A stretch of DNA of 24,260 nucleotides, taken from positions 1 to 24,260 of the forward strand of contig CBFIGT010000025.1 in NCBI GenBank assembly GCA_965662175.1. Direction: 5' to 3'. The notes under the pieces were generated by a model. The model was not told where the DNA came from. It saw only the letters and a list, made by a program, of their open reading frames with translations, and did no database searches. Below are positions 8,747-16,633 of the stretch, in pieces. Source of the stretch: Arcobacter sp. Lineage in GTDB: Bacteria > Campylobacterota > Campylobacteria > Campylobacterales > Arcobacteraceae. Numbering within the stretch: position 1 is the stretch's first letter; each line of letters starts with the position of its first letter. A program made the translations under genes and the position numbers.

Positions 8747-9677
8747 AATTGAGATTTTAAGATTAGAGTCTTTAAGTAGAGAACCTTTAGTTATTGAGGG
8801 GTTTTTATTTAAAGGATGTGACCCTAAAGCTCCAAAAATAGCTGTTGTTGGTGCTATGGAGGGTGAGGGTGTTTTACCCTTATATTGTGCTTCAAATTTA
8901 GTGAATTTCTTTAAAAACAAGATTGATGAAAATAAAATAAAAGGGGATGTTTTTATTATTCCCTCAATAAATCATTATGCTTTAAATAGTGGAAAAAGAT
9001 TTTGGCCCTTAGATAATACAAATATAAATACTATGTTTCCAGGCTTTGATGAGGGTGAAACAACTCAAAGAATAGCAAAAAAGATATTTGATGTTTTAGA
9101 GGGTTATGATTATGGTGTTATTTTAGAGAAAAGATTAGACCCTGTAAACTGTTTACCATATATTAAACTTTTTAAAAGTGGATATGAAGATTTACAGAGT
9201 GCTAGAAATTTTGGCTTAAAAGTTATTCATCATAGGGAAATGGCTTCAATTGATACAGTAACACTACAATATAACTGGCAACTTTGGGGAACAAAAGCTT
9301 TTTCATTGATGTGCCCAAATGAGAATTTAGTAGATAATAATAAGGCAAAACAGATTATTCAATCTATTTTGAGATTTATGTATAAATCAGAAATTATTGA
9401 TTATCCTATTTTTAATGGTTATGAATCAAATATTTTTGATAGAAGTTTACTTGAGGTTATAAAAACACCAAAAAGTGGTATTTTTATACCAAAATTCAGA
9501 CCAGGTAATTATGTATCAAAGTTTGATAAAATTGGTAAAATTGTAGATTCTTTAACAGGTGAGATTATTTATGATTTTATATCACCTTGTGATGGTATGA
9601 TAACTTGTAACTATAATCGTTCTTTGATTTATGGAAATGCAGTTGCCTTTAGAATTGCAAAAATAAAAGAGGAGTAA
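8739..9677 (+). CDS. Second M14/AstE-AspA family paralog with degenerate zinc and catalytic motifs
   Basis: Collinear with the upstream paralog (PSIN, MFPG, SG.F.P, IGKIVDSLTG, SPCDG). HxxE region reads AMEGEG, NR reads NT, DIH reads ILE, and VVEMG reads SLMCP. Likely start GTG 8739 with GGAG at 8729-8732, 8-bp overlap with the upstream gene. Confidence 0.85.
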   Translation: MNKIEILRLESLSREPLVIEGFLFKGCDPKAPKIAVVGAMEGEGVLPLYCASNLVNFFKNKIDENKIKGDVFIIPSINHYALNSGKRFWPLDNTNINTMFPGFDEGETTQRIAKKIFDVLEGYDYGVILEKRLDPVNCLPYIKLFKSGYEDLQSARNFGLKVIHHREMASIDTVTLQYNWQLWGTKAFSLMCPNENLVDNNKAKQIIQSILRFMYKSEIIDYPIFNGYESNIFDRSLLEVIKTPKSGIFIPKFRPGNYVSKFDKIGKIVDSLTGEIIYDFISPCDGMITCNYNRSLIYGNAVAFRIAKIKEE

Positions 9678-9691
9678 TCTCCTCTTTTATT
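9662..9691. terminator. Bidirectional terminator joining the two convergent operons
   Basis: AATAAAAGAGGAG-TAAT-CTCCTCTTTTATT, perfect 13-bp stem; the + gene stop is in the loop and the - gene stop is in the stem. Confidence 0.8.
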
Positions 9692-10673
9692 GAGATTGGG
9701 TTTGTGACTGTGTTTGAGATTGGGTTTGTGACTGTGTTTGAGATTGGGTTTGCGTTTGAGACTGTGTTTGCATTTGACTAGCTTCTTCTACTCTTTCTAC
9801 ATTTACTTTTACAGATAATATACTATTTCCACTACTTTGTACCACACCTTTAAGTGGAGCAATATCTAAATAATCTCTTCCATAACCTAAAAGTATATAC
9901 TCTTCATTTGGAATTTTATTATTTGTAGGGTCAAAATCCATCCATCCAAAACCTGGAATATAGACTGAAAACCAAGCATGGGAAGCATCAGCACCAAAAA
10001 GTTTAACTTCACCCTCTAAAGGTAGCGTTTGAATATAACCACTTTGGTATCTAGCTGGTATTCCAATTGTTCTAAGTCCTGCTATTGCAAACTGTGCAAA
10101 ATCTTGACAAACCCCTTTTTTCTCTTTGAAAATAGTCTCTATTGGAGTTGTTACATCACTAAATCCTGATACAAACTTAAAATCAGTGAATATTCTATTC
10201 ATAAGCTCATAACAAGCCTCAAAAAGAGGTCTATTTTCATCAAATGATTGTAGTATATAAGTTTTTATTTCATCAGAAACATTAGGAATTGAGTCTGTTG
10301 CAAATAAAAACTGTTTTGCCATTACATCATCTTTATTAAAGCTACTTAATCTATCTAAACTCTCTTTTACAGTTATTTTAGAGTTTTTTACCTCTTCATT
10401 TAATCTTTTTATCTCTTCTACATTTAATAAAACTTTTGATTTAGCTGTTACATTTAGTTCTGTATGGGCTTCTCTAATTAGCATAAAAGAGTTTAAGTTC
10501 CCAAAATAATCAGTAAACTCACTTGTTTCATAGGGTGTTGGTGAGATAAGAAGTGAGTGCTCTAGAAGAGTTTGAATATTATTTGTTTTTGGTTTTAATC
10601 TTGCAATATTATGACTAAAGCTTACTAGTGCATTATATTTAAATATTGTTTCGTGGTAAAGTTCATAAATCAT
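9687..10673 (-). CDS. Transglutaminase-like protein (bacterial transglutaminase N-terminal domain plus core) with Gln-rich tail
   Basis: Catalytic triad GVCQDFAQ / ASHAW / DFDPTN, DYFGN in the N-domain, GRDYLDIAPLKGV. Confidence 0.94.
   Translation of the reverse strand: MIYELYHETIFKYNALVSFSHNIARLKPKTNNIQTLLEHSLLISPTPYETSEFTDYFGNLNSFMLIREAHTELNVTAKSKVLLNVEEIKRLNEEVKNSKITVKESLDRLSSFNKDDVMAKQFLFATDSIPNVSDEIKTYILQSFDENRPLFEACYELMNRIFTDFKFVSGFSDVTTPIETIFKEKKGVCQDFAQFAIAGLRTIGIPARYQSGYIQTLPLEGEVKLFGADASHAWFSVYIPGFGWMDFDPTNNKIPNEEYILLGYGRDYLDIAPLKGVVQSSGNSILSVKVNVERVEEASQMQTQSQTQTQSQTQSQTQSQTQSQTQSQ
9690..9776 (-). repeat. Coding tandem repeat giving a 29-residue (Q-T/S)n C-terminal tail
   Basis: 24-bp unit TTGAGATTGGGTTTGTGACTGTGT is exact over 9690-9752 (about 2.6 copies) on a 6/12-bp sub-period; encodes QMQTQSQTQTQSQTQSQTQSQTQSQTQSQ (15 Gln). 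Confidence 0.95.
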
Positions 10674-10677
10674 AATA

Positions 10678-13170
10678 TTACTCGCTAATGTGTGAAAAAT
10701 ATGTTTTTGTTAATTCATCTGAGGCTTGTGTTATTAAATCAGATGATTGACTTAGAAAACTATCTAACTCTTTATATATAAACTCATCCTCTTTTATCTC
10801 TAATAACTTATCACTTGATGAAAGACTTAAGAGTGAAAAGGCTTTAAAAATAGGCTCTTCAAAATTACTTAGGTGAAGATTTTCACTTTTTGGTAACTCT
10901 TTTAAATTTGTCTCTAACTCTTTAATTAAATAGATTAAAGATTTTGGATATTGGGTATTAAATATTAAAAAATCCAATACATTTTTTAGGTTTAAAGAGG
11001 ATTTATAATATGCTCTATAGGAGTTATAACTCTCATATGAATTTAACATAGAGTCTAAAATTTCATACTCTAATATATTGTCAAGTTTGTATGTTAATAG
11101 TGACCTTAATTTTGATATTAAAAGTTGTGAAATCTCCATTTTGCAACCAATATCATATAGTAATAAACCCTGCTCTTTGAAAATACTCTCATCAATTAAC
11201 TCTTTGTAAGCCATTAAATAGATTAAAAGATTATCAAGTTGATTAATATGCTCAGGAAAAAGTAAGAACTCTTTTTTTGTATATGATAGCCACTCTTTTT
11301 GCATCTTTTCATATATTCTCCAAGCATCAATTGTTAGAAGATTTTTTATATTTGCATTAATATTTGATAAAAGAGATAGGGTAAAACTTAAAGTCCCAAC
11401 CCTTGAACTGTTTTGAATCAAATCTAAAATCTCATCTGTAGGATTTATTTTTTCTTTATCCTCTTCTAAAAATCCTGGATAAGTCATAGTTAAATGGGTT
11501 AAGGCATTATTCAAAAGTTCAGTTATAGTTTTAGAGTTTCTATCATCTTCATATCTATTAATATTTAAAATACTTTTTAAATTAAATCTTATTATTCTAG
11601 CTGTACTAATTGACCTTGTTAAATATCTTCCTAACCAAAAAAGATTTTCCGCTCTTTTTGTAGAGATATTTTCAAGTCTTGAGTCTATAAACTCTTTATT
11701 TTTAAATATATTAACAGGTACAATTTCAGTACTTTTCCCTAAAATCCATAAATCTTTACTTGTACCTCCTTTTTGGTTTGATACAACTAAAGAGTCTTTT
11801 GATGAGGATACTCTTACTAATCCACTTGGCATTACATCATAATTATCTTTATTTAAAAATGAAAAGGCTCTAATAACTGCATTTCTTGGTTCAATTTTAT
11901 TATCATTAAAAGAGGGTACAGTTGAAAAGTCTATAATCTCTTGACCTACATAATGGTATGGATTTTTTTCTATTTTTTTTATTAGTATTTCAAGCTCTTC
12001 ATTTGAGAGTTTATTTCCAAAATATGTCTCTAAGTTTTTTGTTTTATCTATTTTCTTAATTATTAGATTTTTAATATTTTTTATAACAAAATCTAACTCC
12101 TCTTTTTGACCACACCACCAAGTTGCAATTTGAGGAAGAATTAACTCTTCATCTAAAAAATATTTACAAATATTTTTCATAAATGGATTTAATCCTATAT
12201 TTTCTAAAATACCAATACCAATAGGATTTATCATTGCTAAATTATCTTCTCTTAAAACATTTACAAGTCCAGCAACACCTAAATATGAGTCACTTCTAAG
12301 CTCTAAAGGGTCACAAAACTCTGAATCAACCCTTCTTATCATTGCATCAACTTTTTTAAGTCCACTTAATCCTTTTAGCCATAATTGATTATTTTTAGTA
12401 AGTAAATCTTCCCCTTGAACTAAGGTTAAATCTAAAAATGAACTCAAATATGAGTGCTCAAAATATGTCTCATTATGAGGTCCTGGACTTAGAAGGGTTA
12501 TTAGTGGATGTTCATTATTTTTTGAAACAAGCTCTCTTAACATAGTTTTAAAATCTTCTATAAATCTAATAATTTTTTTTATCTCTACATCAGGATATAA
12601 CTCATTTGAGATTGAGTTCATAGTTAATCTATTTTCAATAGCATAACCTAATCCCGATGGAGATTGAGTTTTATCATTTATAAGCCAAAACTTTCCATCA
12701 GGACCCCTACTTATATCAGCTGCATAAAACTTCATAGTATAGTAATCTTTATTTTCAAAATTACAAAGTTCAGGTAAAAAATTTTTATGGCTAAAAATTA
12801 TTTCAGCTGGAATAATTCCCTCTTTTATAAGGTTTTGTTCATTATATAAATCTTTAAAAATTAGATTTAGAAGTTTTGCTCTTTGTGCTAAGCCTTTTGA
12901 TACTTCATTCCACTCATTTTCAGTCAAAACAAAAGGAATAGGGTCTAATTTCCAAACTCTATTAGTACCCTCAGGGTCATTATAGATATTGAAAGTAACT
13001 CCATTATCCTCTAATCTCCAATCTATCTCTTGTTGTTTTTGTTCTAATTTATCAATTCCCACTTTTTCTAAATCATCAACTATTTTTTGCCAATGCTCTT
13101 TTACATTGCAATCTTTGTCAAACATTTCATCAAAAGTAGGAGCTAATTTACAAGCATCAAAAATCGGCAT
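10678..13170 (-). CDS. Circularly permuted ATP-grasp plus alpha-E fusion protein
   Basis: WKLDPIPFVL, GLAQRAKLLN, YAADISRGPDG, DKTQSPSGLGYAIENR, LLSPGPHNETYFEH, RRVDSEFCDPLELR, GGTSKDLWI, then alpha-E RAENLFWLGRY and YPKSL; the ATG directly follows the upstream TAG. Confidence 0.92.
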   Translation of the reverse strand: MPIFDACKLAPTFDEMFDKDCNVKEHWQKIVDDLEKVGIDKLEQKQQEIDWRLEDNGVTFNIYNDPEGTNRVWKLDPIPFVLTENEWNEVSKGLAQRAKLLNLIFKDLYNEQNLIKEGIIPAEIIFSHKNFLPELCNFENKDYYTMKFYAADISRGPDGKFWLINDKTQSPSGLGYAIENRLTMNSISNELYPDVEIKKIIRFIEDFKTMLRELVSKNNEHPLITLLSPGPHNETYFEHSYLSSFLDLTLVQGEDLLTKNNQLWLKGLSGLKKVDAMIRRVDSEFCDPLELRSDSYLGVAGLVNVLREDNLAMINPIGIGILENIGLNPFMKNICKYFLDEELILPQIATWWCGQKEELDFVIKNIKNLIIKKIDKTKNLETYFGNKLSNEELEILIKKIEKNPYHYVGQEIIDFSTVPSFNDNKIEPRNAVIRAFSFLNKDNYDVMPSGLVRVSSSKDSLVVSNQKGGTSKDLWILGKSTEIVPVNIFKNKEFIDSRLENISTKRAENLFWLGRYLTRSISTARIIRFNLKSILNINRYEDDRNSKTITELLNNALTHLTMTYPGFLEEDKEKINPTDEILDLIQNSSRVGTLSFTLSLLSNINANIKNLLTIDAWRIYEKMQKEWLSYTKKEFLLFPEHINQLDNLLIYLMAYKELIDESIFKEQGLLLYDIGCKMEISQLLISKLRSLLTYKLDNILEYEILDSMLNSYESYNSYRAYYKSSLNLKNVLDFLIFNTQYPKSLIYLIKELETNLKELPKSENLHLSNFEEPIFKAFSLLSLSSSDKLLEIKEDEFIYKELDSFLSQSSDLITQASDELTKTYFSHISE

Positions 13171-16100
13171 CTATTTTTTTATCCACTTTTGTCTTAAATC
13201 TAAAGTATGAGGAAACTCTTTATTTTTTGGCATCTCTTTGAAATAAAGTTTTTTACTCTCTTTTGTTGTTTTTAAAGTTCTATTTGCTTCAATAGCAAAA
13301 ATAGTATTACTCTCTCCACCAAGCTCTGGTTCATAATATTCAACATTACCTTGTGAGTGATTAAAATCCCAATATCTATTTATTCGTCTAGACTCAGCTT
13401 CATATGAGTTTACTGGGAAAGTATCATAACTTCTTCCTCCTGGATGTGTAACAAAATAGTTAAATCCACCAATTGATCTTGTATTCCATTTATCAATAAT
13501 ATCAAAAGTTAAAGGCGTATCAACTCCAATTGTTGGGTGAAGTGCTGACCATGGTTGCCATGCTTTATATCTAACACCACTTACATAAACTCCCTCAACA
13601 TCAGTTGCACTTAAAGGAACTTGTATTCCATTACATGAAACAATATATCTCTCAGGATTAAAGTTTTCTATTTTTATTTGTAATCTTTCAAGTGATGAAT
13701 CAACATATCTAGCTGTTCCTTGTGAACTTGACTCTTCACCTAATACGTGCCAAGGCTCAATAGCTGATCTAATTTCAACAGGCATTCCCTCAACCATAGT
13801 CATACCATGTAGTGGAAATCTAAACTCAAAGAATGGGTCAAACCAATCAAGTTTAAACTCATATCCCTCATCATTTAGATATTGAACAACACTTCTAATA
13901 TCCTCTTTTACATAATGTTCAAGCAAGAATTTATCATGTAATCTTGTTCCCCATCTAACTAAATCATGTTTATACGGTCTTTTCCAAAAACAAGAAACTA
14001 AAGCTCTTACTAATAGCATTTGTAAAAGTGCCATTTGTGAGTGAGGTGGCATATCAAAGGCTCTTAGCTCTAAAATACCAAGTCTTCCTGTACTTGAATC
14101 AGGTGAATATAGTTTATCTATACAAAACTCACTTCTATGAGTGTTTCCTGTAATATCTGTTAACATATGTCTAAATAATCTATCTGTTAACCAAAAAGGA
14201 ACATCTCCCTCTTCAGGTATTTGAGAAAATGCAATTTCAAGTTCATATAGATTTTCAGCTCTTCCCTCATCAACTCTTGGAGCTTGTGAAGTTGGACCTA
14301 TAAAAGCACCACTAAATAAATATGAAAGTCCTGGATGATGTTGCCAAAAAGTGATTAAACTTCTAAGCAAATTTGGATTTCTTAAAAGTGGCGAATCACT
14401 AGGTTTTAAAGCCCCAATAGTTACGTGGTTTCCACCACCAGTACCTGTATGTCGTCCATCAATCATAAACTTCTCAGTTCCAAGTCTACACTGTCTTGCA
14501 TCTTCATAAAGATTAAGTAAGTTATCACTTAACTCTTTCCAAGAAGTAGCAGCTTGAATATTAACCTCAATAACACCTGGGTCTGGAGTAACTTTGATTC
14601 TATCTGTTCTTAAATCATGTGGAGGTTCATAACCCTCGATAATAATCGCCATATCTAATCTTTTTGCTGTCTCTTCAATAGAAGCAATTAAATCTAAAAA
14701 TGGCTCACTTTTTTCTAATGGTGGAAGAAAAACACAAAGTTTTTCATCTCTTATTTCAACACTAAGAGCTGTTCTTACGAACTCATTATATCTATTTTTA
14801 ATAGTAGTTTTTTTGCTCATTTTCTTTGCTCTTTTTTGCACTGTTGGAATATACTCTCCAAGTGCTGGATAAGAGGCAAACAGGTCATTTTCAAACTCTT
14901 GTTCTAATTCAATATGTGGTTTAGCAATTAATGATTCTAAAGGAAGTCTAAGTCCAAGAGGTGAGTTTCCAGCTCCCAAAAACATATGACCTCTTCTAAA
15001 CTCCCATTTTGAAGTTATCCATTTAGTTTTACCATAATTTATAGGAAGAACATATCCTACCTCTTCATTTAAACCTTTTGAAAGTTTTTCAGCAATAGTT
15101 CTTCTTTCAAGTGGATCTTTTAAATTAAACTCTAAAGGATCTATGTCTATAGGAAGTTCAGCCTCTTTCATAATATAATAAATAGGATCTTCAAAAGCTG
15201 GTACTATATTTTCATCACTAACTCCTAATACCAAAGATAGAGTTGAGATAAATTTTTTAGCATCTTCTGTTGTATATGGATATGATTTATTCATATCAGC
15301 TAAAAGTTCTGGATTTTCCCATACAGGTTTATTATCTTTTCTCCAAAAAACTGTTGTTTGCCATCTTGGAAGTGGTTCACCTGGATACCATTTCCCTTGG
15401 GCATGGTGAAGTAATCCACCACTTGTACTAGTTTTAAGTAATCTTCTTGATAAATTATTTGCTAATTCTCTTTTTAGTGGACCATCAGCTTTTGTATTCC
15501 ATTGTTCTGATTCCATATCATCAATAGATACAAAAGTAGGCTCACCACCCATAGTAAGTCTTACATCATTTTTTTCTAAATCTTCATCAACTTTAAATCC
15601 AAGCTTATAAATTGCATCCCATTGCTCTTGTCTATAAGGTTTTGTAACTCTTGGTGATTCAAATATTCTTGTAACTTTATTTTCAAATTCAAACTCTGTT
15701 TCACATGTATCACTAAATCCCTCAATTGCATGGGCACTATTATAGTGTGGCGTACAAGCTAAAGGAATATGTCCCTCTCCTGCAAATAATCCACTTGTAC
15801 TATCAAGTCCAACCCAACCAGCACCTGGAATATAAACCTCAGTCCAAGCATGTAAATCGGTAAAATCCTCTTCAGGGCCACTTGGTCCATCAAGAGATTT
15901 AACATCAGCCGTAAGTTGTACTAAATATCCTGATACAAATCTAGATGCAAGTCCAAGATGTCTTAAAACTTGAACAAAAAGCCAAGCTGAATCTCTACAT
16001 GAACCTAATTTTTTCTCTAAGGTTGTTTTACAAGTTTGAACACCCGCTTCCAATCTTACAGTATAGTTTACATATTGGTTGATTTTTTGATTAACTTCAA

Positions 16101-16536
16101 CTAAAAAGTCAATAATAGGCTTCTCTTTTTTATCAATACTTTTTACAAACTCTTTTAGTAATTTACCATCTTCTTCTATTTTTAAATAGGGTTTTAACTC
16201 TTGTTTTAAATCTTTTTTGTATTTAAAAGGGTAGTTTGTAGCACTATCTTCAACAAAGAAATCAAAAGGATTTAATGTAATTAAATCTGCAATAATCTCA
16301 ACATCAATTGAAAACTCAGTGGTTTTTTCAGGGAAAACCAATCTTGCCATATAGTTCCCAAAAGGGTCTTGTTGCCAATTTATAAAGTGGTTTTTTGGTG
16401 TAATATTTAAAGAATAAGCCTCAATTGGTGTTCTACTATGAGGAGCTGGTCTTAGCCTAATAATATGTGGTGAAAGAGATATTGCTCTATCATATTTATA
16501 TTTCGTTTTATGGGAGATAACTATTTTTAAAGACAT
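13171..16536 (-). CDS. Transglutaminase domain plus DUF2126 putative amidoligase (carboxylate-amine ligase-like) fusion
   Basis: IRLRPAPHSRT, WQQDPFGN, triad GSCRDSAW / DLHAWTE / GLDST; then LTMGGEPTFVS, GKWYPGEPLPRW, TPDPGVIEVN, GTGGGNH, HRSEFCIDK, ELRAFDMPPH; 1121 aa. Confidence 0.93.
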   Translation of the reverse strand: MSLKIVISHKTKYKYDRAISLSPHIIRLRPAPHSRTPIEAYSLNITPKNHFINWQQDPFGNYMARLVFPEKTTEFSIDVEIIADLITLNPFDFFVEDSATNYPFKYKKDLKQELKPYLKIEEDGKLLKEFVKSIDKKEKPIIDFLVEVNQKINQYVNYTVRLEAGVQTCKTTLEKKLGSCRDSAWLFVQVLRHLGLASRFVSGYLVQLTADVKSLDGPSGPEEDFTDLHAWTEVYIPGAGWVGLDSTSGLFAGEGHIPLACTPHYNSAHAIEGFSDTCETEFEFENKVTRIFESPRVTKPYRQEQWDAIYKLGFKVDEDLEKNDVRLTMGGEPTFVSIDDMESEQWNTKADGPLKRELANNLSRRLLKTSTSGGLLHHAQGKWYPGEPLPRWQTTVFWRKDNKPVWENPELLADMNKSYPYTTEDAKKFISTLSLVLGVSDENIVPAFEDPIYYIMKEAELPIDIDPLEFNLKDPLERRTIAEKLSKGLNEEVGYVLPINYGKTKWITSKWEFRRGHMFLGAGNSPLGLRLPLESLIAKPHIELEQEFENDLFASYPALGEYIPTVQKRAKKMSKKTTIKNRYNEFVRTALSVEIRDEKLCVFLPPLEKSEPFLDLIASIEETAKRLDMAIIIEGYEPPHDLRTDRIKVTPDPGVIEVNIQAATSWKELSDNLLNLYEDARQCRLGTEKFMIDGRHTGTGGGNHVTIGALKPSDSPLLRNPNLLRSLITFWQHHPGLSYLFSGAFIGPTSQAPRVDEGRAENLYELEIAFSQIPEEGDVPFWLTDRLFRHMLTDITGNTHRSEFCIDKLYSPDSSTGRLGILELRAFDMPPHSQMALLQMLLVRALVSCFWKRPYKHDLVRWGTRLHDKFLLEHYVKEDIRSVVQYLNDEGYEFKLDWFDPFFEFRFPLHGMTMVEGMPVEIRSAIEPWHVLGEESSSQGTARYVDSSLERLQIKIENFNPERYIVSCNGIQVPLSATDVEGVYVSGVRYKAWQPWSALHPTIGVDTPLTFDIIDKWNTRSIGGFNYFVTHPGGRSYDTFPVNSYEAESRRINRYWDFNHSQGNVEYYEPELGGESNTIFAIEANRTLKTTKESKKLYFKEMPKNKEFPHTLDLRQKWIKK

Positions 16537-16562
16537 ATAAAATCCTTTTATTTTAAAGGATT

Positions 16563-16568
16563 ATTATA
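16563..16568 (-). promoter_or_regulatory. Probable sigma70 -10 box for the DUF2126 operon
   Basis: TATAAT on the minus strand 26 bp upstream of the ATG; RBS AAAGGA follows. Confidence 0.5.
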
Positions 16569-16597
16569 CTCTTTTTAAATCATTTAGTAGATTAAAT

Positions 16598-16629
16598 AAA
16601 AAAGAGAAAATTACAAAATTTTCTCTTTT
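16598..16629 (-). terminator. Rho-independent terminator after the chemoreceptor gene
   Basis: Minus strand AAAAGAGAAAATT-TTGT-AATTTTCTCTTTT-TT; 13-bp stem starting 4 bp after the stop. Confidence 0.7.
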
Positions 16630-16633
16630 GGAC

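Noticed and set aside
8711..8920. 69-aa minus-strand ORF
   Set aside because: Antisense to the M14 genes; no independent support.
9690..9776. Possible CRISPR array
   Set aside because: Repeats are contiguous with no unique spacers, are in-frame coding, and no cas genes are present.
12989..13210. 73-aa + strand ORF
   Set aside because: Antisense to the ATP-grasp fusion and DUF2126 genes.
16541..16562. AATCCTTT/AAAGGATT hairpin covering the DUF2126 RBS
   Set aside because: If TATAAT at 16563-16568 is the -10 box, most of the anti-RBS arm is not transcribed; short and AT-rich.
5701..16600. Amidoligase cluster as a mobile island or defence system
   Set aside because: No integrase, transposase, tRNA, boundary repeats or obvious compositional shift seen, and no recognised defence domains.
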